Positions 1-8,668 of a stretch of DNA of 64,000 nucleotides are shown here, one piece after another. The notes beneath the pieces were generated by a model, which saw only the letters and a list, made by a program, of their open reading frames with translations, did not search any database and was not told the DNA's origin. Position numbers and translations under genes: made by a program. Origin of the DNA: a virus (lineage: Duplodnaviria; Heunggongvirae; Uroviricota; Caudoviricetes); IMG/VR virus record IMGVR_UViG_3300032030_000019. One strand, written 5' to 3'. Position 1 is the stretch's first letter. Every line of letters begins with the position of its first letter.

Positions 1-43
1 GAATGGTCATACATAGGCGGAATAGGGCAATCTTTACATCGCA

Positions 44-958
44 TTAGTTCCCCTGTATACTACCTGACTGAACAGGAATCGGCCCATAATTGTTTGTCGG
101 AACATATTTACCGTCCCACTTACTTATACGAGCTATCTCCTCTTCATGCTTCCACTCAGCCTTTTTCATCTCGGCTGCCTTTGCGAGCTGCTGTGCCATA
201 TAGAGATCCGCATCCGCCTTAACCTTTACTGCTTCTGCCTCCAGCTTCTTTGCCTCGAGGTCTGCTAATGCGTTCAACTTTTTAGCTTCCAAGTCAGCCT
301 TAGCAAGTGCCACTTTCTTTTGCGACTCGGTCTCTACGATCTTCAAATCCTGCTCTGCCTTCTTTGCTTCCTGAGCTGATTTCATTGTAGACTGTATTGA
401 CCTATCGAACTCCTCACTCCAGTCATAATTCGATACCGATACCTTTATAATAGATACAGGCATATTTAATTCGCTCATAATCTTTGCAAATTCGGCCTGT
501 ACTTCCGACGTAATTTTATCCTGGTTCGCAGTTACGTCGTATATACTGTATTTACCTATGACCGTTTTAATTGCAGGACTTAAGTTACGTTTAAACGTTT
601 CCTCAATGATACTATCACCAAAGTCAGTCGCAATTAACATAATACCACTTTCTTCATACCTATACGTGATATTAGCCTCAAGTCCGATTGATTGCATATC
701 CTTTGTTACAGCGGCATCACTTCCGAACGTGAATTTGATAGTTGAGTTCTTTGGTGCAATGCTATACGTTTTAATGTTACTCAAGAACGGCGTATGTAAT
801 TTCACGCCGGGCTGAATTACGTCTCCGTTCACACGTCCAAGAAAGTACTCTACGCCACGCTCACGTTGTTGAATAATTGAACATGAGTTAAAACCCAATA
901 TAATTACCAACAATATTATACCTGCTACTACAAATAAACCAATGTGTTTTTCTTCCAT
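44..958 (-). CDS. SPFH/band-7 (prohibitin/HflC-like) membrane-anchored protein
   Basis: N-terminal TM helix (LFVVAGIILLVIILGF), SPFH-like core, long Ala/Lys/Glu coiled-coil C-terminus (ADLEAKKL repeats). Confidence 0.6.
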   Translation of the reverse strand: MEEKHIGLFVVAGIILLVIILGFNSCSIIQQRERGVEYFLGRVNGDVIQPGVKLHTPFLSNIKTYSIAPKNSTIKFTFGSDAAVTKDMQSIGLEANITYRYEESGIMLIATDFGDSIIEETFKRNLSPAIKTVIGKYSIYDVTANQDKITSEVQAEFAKIMSELNMPVSIIKVSVSNYDWSEEFDRSIQSTMKSAQEAKKAEQDLKIVETESQKKVALAKADLEAKKLNALADLEAKKLEAEAVKVKADADLYMAQQLAKAAEMKKAEWKHEEEIARISKWDGKYVPTNNYGPIPVQSGSIQGN

Positions 959-1000
959 GTCTATCTCCTATTTTTTTGTTTTTTTTTACTTACATCCAAA

Positions 1001-1237
1001 TTAGTTCCATAAATCTTCCGACTCCCAACCCTGATGTAAGTGCATTCCTAACAACGTTTGAAACGTAAACCAAAGTGAGGCGTTACGTGGACCCCCATTT
1101 AACGTTTCACCAACAAAACATAAATTTTCCTGATGGGGCATACAATACAGACATTTAACCCGATATCTAGTCATATGTGATGTCAATACATCTATCGTGC
1201 ATGTATCCCCAACGTTTACATCATACTTTATCCCCAT
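1001..1237 (-). CDS. hypothetical protein (78 aa)
   Basis: minus-strand ORF; start ATGGGGATAA overlaps upstream stop by 10 nt. Confidence 0.4.
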   Translation of the reverse strand: MGIKYDVNVGDTCTIDVLTSHMTRYRVKCLYCMPHQENLCFVGETLNGGPRNASLWFTFQTLLGMHLHQGWESEDLWN

Positions 1238-1539
1238 ACGTCTGAATCACCAATGTTGTTCCACACGTAGGTCTGAAGTTTGGTGAGATTAGTATGCATG
1301 TTTTCAGCTAAATCCCAGTTCGTACCTTCGCACAAAACGACTTGAGAGTCATCATCTACATAATTATATAGTGCCTTAAACTCCCACTCATCTATTACGG
1401 CGAACCTATGTGGACTTTGTGCTAACTTTACTTGGATAATTCTACGTGTATCCCCTATACATAAAGTCCTATTTTTGCTCATTGTATTATTCCGCATTGA
1501 CGTAACGTGAAGAAGAGAACTACAATGCCAAATATACAA
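1228..1539 (-). CDS. hypothetical protein, 'D-x-D-x-W-G' tail family
   Basis: C-terminal ...GDSDVWG shared with 4905..5189 and 1656..1889; true start probably the internal Met at about 1482 (MSKNRTL) coupled by ATGA to a small upstream ORF. Confidence 0.4.
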   Translation of the reverse strand: MYIWHCSSLLHVTSMRNNTMSKNRTLCIGDTRRIIQVKLAQSPHRFAVIDEWEFKALYNYVDDDSQVVLCEGTNWDLAENMHTNLTKLQTYVWNNIGDSDVWG

Positions 1540-1628
1540 CCAGCCAAAATAAGTCTAGCTATATCAGCGGTCCCATCTTTCTCACTATCACTTTCAGGAA
1601 ATAATTCGATTATATACTTTCGTCCCAT
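1480..1628 (-). CDS. small membrane peptide (49 aa, below the ORF-track cutoff)
   Basis: manual translation: MGRKYIIELFPESDSEKDGTADIARLILAGCIFGIVVLFFTLRQCGIIQ; one TM helix; stop overlaps the next ATG (ATGA). Confidence 0.25.
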
Positions 1629-1655
1629 ACACGCCTCCAACGTTTACATCATAAT

Positions 1656-1889
1656 CTAATCCCATATATCCCTGTCATAGCTGAATTGCCCCCAACGGTA
1701 GGTATTAAGTTTGGACTCGTCACTATAGGCGTTACCACTTAAATCCCACGAGGCGGGTTCACACCAAGTCACAAGACCAAATGTATATTCATATTGAACT
1801 AAAGCCTTGAGTTCCCAGAAATTCTCTACTACAGGTGCGACGTTGTGTTTTACTCCACGTATTATCTGAATATCACCAATGTCCATCAA
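1656..1889 (-). CDS. hypothetical protein (77 aa)
   Basis: ORF in the one-strand gene chain; C-terminal ...YDRDIWD resembles the D-x-W tail family. Confidence 0.4.
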   Translation of the reverse strand: MMDIGDIQIIRGVKHNVAPVVENFWELKALVQYEYTFGLVTWCEPASWDLSGNAYSDESKLNTYRWGQFSYDRDIWD

Positions 1890-2431
1890 ATTATTTTACA
1901 TTGGCACGAACGCATAACCTCAAGTGCAGCCTCATGTTTTTCCTTCGTTAGCCCAGCACACGCATCGGCCACGATAGTTACGTCCACACCTTCGATGGCT
2001 TTTATGGCCAACGCATTGGAAACGACGCAAATGTCAGTGCACGTACCAACCATCGTAACTGTTGAATGCGGCTCAATGAATGCACCCCACTTATCATATC
2101 CGAAGTGGGATTTATTGAGAATTGTATCATCTAACATAGGTGCCAACTCTTTTGTAATCTCCCAACCTTTAGTCTGATAGAGACAATGCGGCACAGGAAG
2201 ATACGTACCCTCTAACGTATTCAAATAATCTTCCTTGTGCGTGTCACGTGTGTAAATAATGTGATCACCACGTTTACGCGCCTCGCTTAACAACGTTTTA
2301 ATTTTGGGGATAATCTTCACTGCGTCCTCATTTGCGAGTGCCCCCGTTGTAAAATCGTTCTGCATATCAATAACCACAAAATATGCAGACGGTGTGTTTT
2401 CCTTTTCACTGCTTACTTTTTTTGTAAACAT
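1886..2431 (-). CDS. pncA: nicotinamidase / isochorismatase-family hydrolase (PncA-like)
   Basis: VVIDMQNDF (D-x-Q-N-D-F), DTH, catalytic-Cys motif VGTCTDICV; start set at the internal Met (MFTKK) with GAAGGAG SD right after the nadD stop. Confidence 0.75.
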   Translation of the reverse strand: MFTKKVSSEKENTPSAYFVVIDMQNDFTTGALANEDAVKIIPKIKTLLSEARKRGDHIIYTRDTHKEDYLNTLEGTYLPVPHCLYQTKGWEITKELAPMLDDTILNKSHFGYDKWGAFIEPHSTVTMVGTCTDICVVSNALAIKAIEGVDVTIVADACAGLTKEKHEAALEVMRSCQCKII

Positions 2432-2432
2432 A

Positions 2433-3053
2433 TTAGGCTCCTTCTTCCCTAAGATTTTTCGCATAAATTTTCACTAACTTCACACTCGATACATCAATCA
2501 AGTGCTGTAGCGATTTCCTCACTTCCGTTGCGCTTCCATCGCCGACGTATGCTACGTGTTCAACGTTTGTGCGTATGTTAATATTCTCAGACGTATACCC
2601 TGGACGATCCACTACAAGAATATCAGACTCACGTAGAATAACTTCATGTTTACGCCATAAGTGTAACATCTCGAAAGAGTCACCACCTATAACTGTTGTA
2701 AACGTATATTCGTTGCCCCATTTTTTCTTAACATCAAGTAACGTGTCAGCGAATCCACGTGTCGTATCCCTCAAATACGCAATTTCCATATCATCCACAA
2801 CTACGTTGCCCCAATTATCCGTAGCCTCACGTAACATAGCAACACGTTCAATGAAGTCAAAATTATATTCGTCTTCATCCTGTTTTTTACGATGCCATGT
2901 TACTGTAGTCGGAATGACCACTACCTGATCAAACCGATCCTTAAGCATCTCAATTATGCCTATATGTGTGGATGTGACAGGGTTAAATGTCCCACCATAT
3001 ATTGCTATTTTCATTCTAGTCTCCTGTTTACCATAATTTCTCCTGTTTACCAT
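2433..3053 (-). CDS. nadD: nicotinate/nicotinamide mononucleotide adenylyltransferase (NadD/NMNAT family)
   Basis: GGTFNPVTSTH (GGTFxPxHxGH-like), VIGGDSFEMLHLW...VVDRPGY, GSATEVRKSL match the NadD signature blocks; an alternative start is the Met of MKIAIYGG at 3014. Confidence 0.8.
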   Translation of the reverse strand: MVNRRNYGKQETRMKIAIYGGTFNPVTSTHIGIIEMLKDRFDQVVVIPTTVTWHRKKQDEDEYNFDFIERVAMLREATDNWGNVVVDDMEIAYLRDTTRGFADTLLDVKKKWGNEYTFTTVIGGDSFEMLHLWRKHEVILRESDILVVDRPGYTSENINIRTNVEHVAYVGDGSATEVRKSLQHLIDVSSVKLVKIYAKNLREEGA

Positions 3054-3412
3054 GATTCGACTCCAAAACCTATTCCCGGGTTGTAATATCCGTAATTCTT
3101 TTGGACCCCATATAATTCTATAAATATACCCAAATGTTCTGAAATCAAGTGACCGTCACACAGGTTCAACACAACCTCGTCCCGTGCTTCCCCTAAAAAT
3201 TGTCTACTATCATCATAGACCACAATACTAGCAAACAAATAGGTACCGACTTCTATTTTTTTCTTCATGTATTTACGCCCATGTATCCGTTTGCACCTTA
3301 AATGCACGATACGTTTTTGATGGATGTACCATGTCCGTACGTACGTGATAACTTTCATGTGGAAACGACCATTGATTACTACAGTCAGGGAAACGTAACA
3401 GGCCAAATTCAC
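3047..3412 (-). CDS. small protein, NPG-x-x-F...E-x-W tail family
   Basis: C-terminal YYNPGIGFGVESW; 7-nt stop/start overlap (ATGGTAA) with nadD. Confidence 0.5.
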   Translation of the reverse strand: MNLACYVSLTVVINGRFHMKVITYVRTWYIHQKRIVHLRCKRIHGRKYMKKKIEVGTYLFASIVVYDDSRQFLGEARDEVVLNLCDGHLISEHLGIFIELYGVQKNYGYYNPGIGFGVESW

Positions 3413-3537
3413 CGATTATGTGTCCACAAAGTTCTGTATATCTATTCCATGAACGAAATAAGCATAGTAATGTAAAGTCAACCTTACTTCCATTGCATAA
3501 AATCTTACGTTGGTAATAATCACCTACGTCTTTTGGT

Positions 3538-4449
3538 TTACGTCCCACTTTCAAACTCCAACGTTACACCACAATGAGGACATGTATTCTGTTCTCCTGT
3601 AAACTTTCCACCACATTCAGGACATTCGTACTCTTCCTCCTCATCCTGTACCTCAATCATATCGCACAAGTATTCATACGTATTCGCCGACATATGTTCT
3701 TTACCCTTGCCATACGTAACCAAGTCGGCAAGATCGTCAGAAGAAAACAGGCGCGCACGTACAAGATCTGAGATGATGTGTATAGGAAATTCCTGATGAT
3801 ATATAAAATCATCCGCGAGTGCTTGTACACTGATCTTATAATCCAAGAGCTCCATAGCTAATCTTAGATTAACCCTATTTCGTCCTAACGTAATCCCCAT
3901 CATATCATTAGGTACGTGAACCAATGCATGACGTCTCCACTCATCTAGATCGACTCTCATTGGTAATGTTAAATTAAGTGCATCAAGTATAAGTTTTTCC
4001 TGTCTCTCATTACCTGTAATCTGAATAACATCCATCGCACGATCATGCAGTACTTCACACAGATGTTCTTTATTAGCACCCCACTTTCCAATGAACGCAC
4101 CCATGTCACCCATAACACTGATCTTTGATCGTTCTCCGGGAACACGTACGGCTTTATATACGGTTACGTCACCATTACGTACGCCATCAATATCTTGCGT
4201 TAGTTTCAACAGATAATCAACGTTTCTGTCTAAGCTCAACGTATATCCTGTTGGCGTACGTTGAATACCTGTTACAAGTACATCTATGCAACTTCCGGTA
4301 TCACGTTCACTGATATACGGGACGTGAGCTTTCGGAAGTAATCCATCGATCTTTTGGTGATGAAACAAGATTAACCACTTGTTATTAACGTCTTGTGCGA
4401 TCTCCCCCGTTAATACGTCGCCTACGTGTTTTTCCAAACTACTTTTCAT
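3538..4449 (-). CDS. NusA-like RNA-binding protein (S1 + KH + C-terminal Zn ribbon), paralog 1
   Basis: S1-like N-terminus (VGDVLTGEI...GLLPKAHVP...TLSL), KH GxxG motif (AFIGKWGANK...MDVIQITGNE), CPECGG...CPHCG zinc ribbon. Confidence 0.5.
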   Translation of the reverse strand: MKSSLEKHVGDVLTGEIAQDVNNKWLILFHHQKIDGLLPKAHVPYISERDTGSCIDVLVTGIQRTPTGYTLSLDRNVDYLLKLTQDIDGVRNGDVTVYKAVRVPGERSKISVMGDMGAFIGKWGANKEHLCEVLHDRAMDVIQITGNERQEKLILDALNLTLPMRVDLDEWRRHALVHVPNDMMGITLGRNRVNLRLAMELLDYKISVQALADDFIYHQEFPIHIISDLVRARLFSSDDLADLVTYGKGKEHMSANTYEYLCDMIEVQDEEEEYECPECGGKFTGEQNTCPHCGVTLEFESGT

Positions 4450-4479
4450 AACGTTATATCCCTCCCACGTTATAATAAA

Positions 4480-4914
4480 TTACAAGCATATAGACATATT
4501 GGTCATAGCGGGTTCATACTCATAATTTATGTTTCTATAGATATTTACTTGACACCATCCTATACATCCAAACTCGTCATCCTCGGTATCATCCCACTCT
4601 TCACCTATACGCAAAAAGTGGACTCCATAATCCTCGTTGTCTAAATCCCGCACCTTGTGCATATAGTTCGTGAGAAATTGCGAATAGAGCATGCAAGAAG
4701 GGTCCCATCTTACACAATCGAAACATAAACATATATGTGCAACATCTTCGGGTCTTGATACACCGCACTTTGTTATGTACCCGCTTTGTATAATTGACTC
4801 TATAGCCTGAGGATCAGTAGCTTTTGTTTTTCTCATTTCATCCAAAAGCAACTCATATGCCTTTGGGGTCATTTCTATTACTATATCATGAGTGTAGCCC
4901 ATAATCACCCCCAC
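4480..4914 (-). CDS. hypothetical protein (144 aa)
   Basis: minus-strand ORF; start overlaps upstream stop by 10 nt. Confidence 0.4.
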   Translation of the reverse strand: MGVIMGYTHDIVIEMTPKAYELLLDEMRKTKATDPQAIESIIQSGYITKCGVSRPEDVAHICLCFDCVRWDPSCMLYSQFLTNYMHKVRDLDNEDYGVHFLRIGEEWDDTEDDEFGCIGWCQVNIYRNINYEYEPAMTNMSICL

Positions 4915-5189
4915 ATGTCAGCATCATCAGTATTAAATCTAACTATATTATCGATATATCCTTGCTTATCCAGTCCCGTATGTACAAAGCATTCTCCGTC
5001 ATGATTTACCCTGCCTATTTCAGATATACAATACCAATAACCAGATTGATATAGAATAGTAGCAGGTAAAGTCGTATTATTCCATGCATGTACATACGTT
5101 ACCTTTCCTCCTACATCACTCTCATTATAACTCATACGTGTGTCCTTACACTTAACACACAACATATTTCGAATACGAACAGACCCCAC
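4905..5189 (-). CDS. hypothetical protein, 'D-x-D-x-W-G' tail family
   Basis: C-terminal ...TDDADMWG, same coupling geometry as 1228..1539. Confidence 0.4.
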   Translation of the reverse strand: MGSVRIRNMLCVKCKDTRMSYNESDVGGKVTYVHAWNNTTLPATILYQSGYWYCISEIGRVNHDGECFVHTGLDKQGYIDNIVRFNTDDADMWG

Positions 5190-5596
5190 GTTACTAAGAT
5201 CTGTCCAATATGTAGAGCTTGATCAGCAATTAAGTTAAGAACACCAAGGTTCGCCTTCGCATGGTCTATACGCGCATGTAAGTCCATATTTAAAAAGAGT
5301 GTACCGAGATATGCTATCCAAACGTACCATTCGTATATATGAAAATAAGCCAACGTTACTACGAATATTGGCAAGAAAATAAAACACGCCCACTCAAATG
5401 CGTGTAAGTACAAACACATTATGAAGTCATTTTTATACGTGGCGTAATTGCATCCAAGTTCGTTACACTTACGTTCCCACCAACTTGATTGTTTGAGATC
5501 GCAAAATATACCTTGTAGATGGAAGTCTGATATAATATGCAGTAAAAGTGACGAAAAAAGTGTTAAACCAAATACAATGATATCAAGTTGTTCCAT
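5132..5596 (-). CDS. integral membrane protein (about 4 TM)
   Basis: several hydrophobic helices (IVFGLTLFSSLLLHII, ACFIFLPIFVVTLAYF, IAYLGTLFL). Confidence 0.45.
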   Translation of the reverse strand: MEQLDIIVFGLTLFSSLLLHIISDFHLQGIFCDLKQSSWWERKCNELGCNYATYKNDFIMCLYLHAFEWACFIFLPIFVVTLAYFHIYEWYVWIAYLGTLFLNMDLHARIDHAKANLGVLNLIADQALHIGQILVTWGLFVFEICCVLSVRTHV

Positions 5597-5598
5597 TA

Positions 5599-5934
5599 CT
5601 ACATCTCCTCCTCAATATCATCATAATCTTCCTCATTCTCGTCGTCCTCGTCATCCTCGTTGCTCTCATCTTCATCGTCACCATACTCACTGACGAAGCC
5701 TTTATCCCAATCATCAAATTCATCTTTGAACATCTCATAAAACCCGGCTGGACCGTATTCTATAAGATCGAAGTAGTATTCCGTGGCTTTCTTGGGGGCA
5801 TTACACAAATCAGGATCTTCCTTACACATCTGGCGTACTTCATCCCAATCGTCTTCAGGAAGTCCACACTCGAAGTCCATCTTTACCCATTCCTCAATAC
5901 GACGTTTTTGTTCGGGGGTTAGCTGTTTACTCAT
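5599..5934 (-). CDS. highly acidic small protein
   Basis: C-terminal DDEDESNEDDEDDENEEDYDDIEEE; start moved to an internal Met just after the upstream stop (the track ORF begins 5' at 6021 inside the previous gene). Confidence 0.4.
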   Translation of the reverse strand: MSKQLTPEQKRRIEEWVKMDFECGLPEDDWDEVRQMCKEDPDLCNAPKKATEYYFDLIEYGPAGFYEMFKDEFDDWDKGFVSEYGDDEDESNEDDEDDENEEDYDDIEEEM

Positions 5935-6358
5935 TGTCTTCATCCTCCTCATCATTTTCATTCGCTTCATACTCATCACTATACTCTTCATTTGCCTCTT
6001 CTCGCTCACTGAATACCTCATAAAACGCGTAAGGTGCCATACAGCAACGCGCTATCACATCCAGGGTTTCCCAGGCTCCATCTCTTACGTCTTGCAAGAA
6101 TCGTTCTGCATCGCAAAATTCCCCATATGCAAACGCAACTGTGGGTAAATCAGATAACACACAATCTCGCGCCTCTCCGCTATTACAGAAGTACGACCCT
6201 GTCATATTGCCTGTGATCTCATCACTGTTCATAACCTCTTCTTCTATTTGCTCCTTAGTCATGTGCAAGCATTTCTCTTCGTTATTATCGAGCCATTCCT
6301 CAACGTCCGCTCGTACAGCCTCATAGTAATAATCGCTGTCTTCTGAAGGTTCAAACAT
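5927..6358 (-). CDS. acidic protein (143 aa)
   Basis: Asp/Glu-rich termini (EYSDEYEANENDEEDEDNE); coupled to neighbours. Confidence 0.45.
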   Translation of the reverse strand: MFEPSEDSDYYYEAVRADVEEWLDNNEEKCLHMTKEQIEEEVMNSDEITGNMTGSYFCNSGEARDCVLSDLPTVAFAYGEFCDAERFLQDVRDGAWETLDVIARCCMAPYAFYEVFSEREEANEEYSDEYEANENDEEDEDNE

Positions 6359-6974
6359 CTTGCTCCTCCTGACCGTTCATTGCTTCCCATAATGACGCAC
6401 GTAAAAGCGAAAGTTGCGATAATGCGTGTGTGACGTTGTACTTACGTTCATCCGTTTCCTCAAATACGTCAGCAAACTCATCATATGTCATTTCTATAAC
6501 TTCAATATCCTCTGCCTCATCTAATTTTTGATCACCCGCTTTTTCACATCCTAACGCACAGTAGATATATACGTTATTAGTTTGTATAGCTGGATTAACA
6601 CTGTATTTTCCAACGAAATGCCAATTATTACTCGTATATCCTGTTTCTTCAAGTAATTCACGTTTAGCTGCATTAAGTGCGTCTTCACCTTCTTCGATTG
6701 TACCTGCTGGCAATTCGTACGTAACTTCATTCGATCCTATACGATGTTGTTTTACGAATAACACACGTCCATCCTTTGTTTTTGCGTATATATGTACCCA
6801 ATCACTCATTTCAAGTCCTACAAACGTACGTGTAAGTTGTTTTGACGGTAAGTACGCTCTAATCTCGATTGTGTTAAATATACGATTATGTCCCATTGTG
6901 TTTACATCTTTTATCTGCCAGACGTGATTTTCAAACCCTTCTTTGTTTTTTGTGTTTTTATTATATCCGAACAT
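6351..6974 (-). CDS. NUDIX hydrolase
   Basis: Nudix box GTIEEGEDALNAAKRELLEETG (G-x5-E-x7-REUXEEXGU). Confidence 0.8.
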   Translation of the reverse strand: MFGYNKNTKNKEGFENHVWQIKDVNTMGHNRIFNTIEIRAYLPSKQLTRTFVGLEMSDWVHIYAKTKDGRVLFVKQHRIGSNEVTYELPAGTIEEGEDALNAAKRELLEETGYTSNNWHFVGKYSVNPAIQTNNVYIYCALGCEKAGDQKLDEAEDIEVIEMTYDEFADVFEETDERKYNVTHALSQLSLLRASLWEAMNGQEEQDV

Positions 6975-7054
6975 TCTTACTCCTTACTTAACACCCATAA
7001 ACAAACTGCCCCGGCTAACACAAGCACGAGGCAGCGAATTAATATTTCTTCCAC

Positions 7055-7510
7055 TTAGAACTGTTGAGGTGGCATCTGGAATGACGATGCCGGTACCGCC
7101 TGTGGTGCTACAGGTTGTGCATTACCTGTAGATTCAGGGTTGAAGTACGGGTTTGCCTCAGGTGCATAATGGTCAGTCTGAGGTGCTGGTTGCTGATCAC
7201 CCTTTGCCCGACTCAAAAACTGAATGTTGTTTACAATTACCGTCAGTTTACTATGCTTTGCCCCTGTTTGATCTTCCCATCGATCCTGTCGTAAGCTACC
7301 TTGTACACATACCTGCTGACCTTTCTGACAGTACTGATTAATAAGATTTGCCGTACCCTCAAACGCTTTACAATCAATAAAACTCACGTCATTTTCTTTC
7401 ATACCATTTACTGCCAATGTGAACGTAACCCGTGGATGTCCTGTCTGTGACATTGCATAATCAGGGTTTGCTGTTAATCGTCCAATAAGTCCTAAATTGT
7501 TGTAATCCAT
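7055..7510 (-). CDS. ssb: single-stranded DNA-binding protein (OB-fold SSB)
   Basis: NLGLIGRLTANPDY...RVTFTLAVNG...KLTVIVNNIQFL matches the SSB OB-fold; Gln/Pro-rich tail ending ...PPQQF. Confidence 0.85.
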   Translation of the reverse strand: MDYNNLGLIGRLTANPDYAMSQTGHPRVTFTLAVNGMKENDVSFIDCKAFEGTANLINQYCQKGQQVCVQGSLRQDRWEDQTGAKHSKLTVIVNNIQFLSRAKGDQQPAPQTDHYAPEANPYFNPESTGNAQPVAPQAVPASSFQMPPQQF

Positions 7511-7512
7511 CT

Positions 7513-7896
7513 TTATCTCCTGGAAAAATTGTCTTTAAGGGTACGATGAAGCACCCACATAAAATGATTCATCTCCTCTTCGGTCATATTATTTAATGAT
7601 AAAGTCTCAAACCACTCAGGCTCTGCCTTGTCCATATGAGTAGTGCATAGTAGATTATCATTCTCATCAACCCACGCATCACAAAAGTATTTTCTATCTG
7701 GGATCCATTCGCGAGTCTGTAAATAATAATCATCTATTCTATCTACTAATATCCCATGATCATCATCCAATTTTATTTTACTGTGAGGCTCGTTTTTGAT
7801 ATATATCTTTATATATTGTATAGCCTCACTTCTTGATTGATGACAATTCAGGATATGTTTCCACAGCAAGGCTGCTAAATCTTCAGCGCTTACCAT
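7513..7896 (-). CDS. hypothetical protein (127 aa)
   Basis: ORF in the gene chain. Confidence 0.45.
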   Translation of the reverse strand: MVSAEDLAALLWKHILNCHQSRSEAIQYIKIYIKNEPHSKIKLDDDHGILVDRIDDYYLQTREWIPDRKYFCDAWVDENDNLLCTTHMDKAEPEWFETLSLNNMTEEEMNHFMWVLHRTLKDNFSRR

Positions 7897-8123
7897 GCGT
7901 CACCCTCATCCAAAGGGTTGAACCCCGTCTCAGTACGCTTTACCGCATTCTCTTTGCCACTCGGGAATTCATACGCCTCGAAAGTCTGATCCTTATCCTT
8001 ACCATGAGCTATTTCGAATTTTGCGCCCAAATCTACAGTTAATGCTTTCTGTTCTTCTTCTGTAACAACTGTACTCATTTTACACTCCTTAAACAAAGTT
8101 ATCGATTGACATTTGATACCCAC
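7890..8123 (-). CDS. hypothetical protein (77 aa)
   Basis: ORF; 7-nt overlap with the downstream gene; tail ...EGDAW. Confidence 0.4.
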   Translation of the reverse strand: MGIKCQSITLFKECKMSTVVTEEEQKALTVDLGAKFEIAHGKDKDQTFEAYEFPSGKENAVKRTETGFNPLDEGDAW

Positions 8124-8658
8124 GATATTTCTGATCGTCGGTTACATCTCTGACGCCCCATTCAGGTACCTTGAAATTCTTAGCAGCCTCTTCACTAGGA
8201 AATTCCTGTTCACCTGTTATGATTGTTTTTCCATTCGGGAATCGGCGTACAAGGACAACACCCTGATCATTCTCCATTTTGTACACCGTGTTATACGTAA
8301 TCCCTATTAATTGGTCCTTGTGTTCCTGTAAGTAGTGATCAAAGAAAACCTTCGAGACCGTATCAGTCATTTCAAGACGTTTAGTTCCACTTATAGTCTT
8401 CTTTACCAACTTCTTATACGTATGCTTAGGATCTTTCTTACGTATATACTTATCTACCATACGTACTATTTCTCCGCCCACGTTGAAGTAATAGTGTTCT
8501 ACGTAATGTGAAAGTGTGCCATGTTTTTCCACGTCAGCCAAATTTTTACACAAATACGTACGTTCAATTTCCACCTCCTGTCTTTTTACGTTTACGGGTT
8601 TAGAACCCTTATTCTCAAGAAACCTCAATTCTTGTTCTTCTAGATCCAACGCCCCCAT
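8089..8658 (-). CDS. hypothetical protein; possible CYTH/triphosphate-tunnel-like fold
   Basis: E-V-E-I-E-R (ExExK-like) motif near the N-terminus and a size of about 190 aa; weak. Confidence 0.35.
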   Translation of the reverse strand: MGALDLEEQELRFLENKGSKPVNVKRQEVEIERTYLCKNLADVEKHGTLSHYVEHYYFNVGGEIVRMVDKYIRKKDPKHTYKKLVKKTISGTKRLEMTDTVSKVFFDHYLQEHKDQLIGITYNTVYKMENDQGVVLVRRFPNGKTIITGEQEFPSEEAAKNFKVPEWGVRDVTDDQKYRGYQMSIDNFV

Positions 8659-8668
8659 TAAAACCTCC

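Noticed and set aside
3273-3554. 93-aa ORF overlapping 3047..3412 in another frame (similarly 31167..31424, 21108..21317, 43600..43806, 38950..39138)
   Set aside because: They are nested inside longer ORFs that have better starts and recognisable family features. They are likely alternative-frame artefacts.
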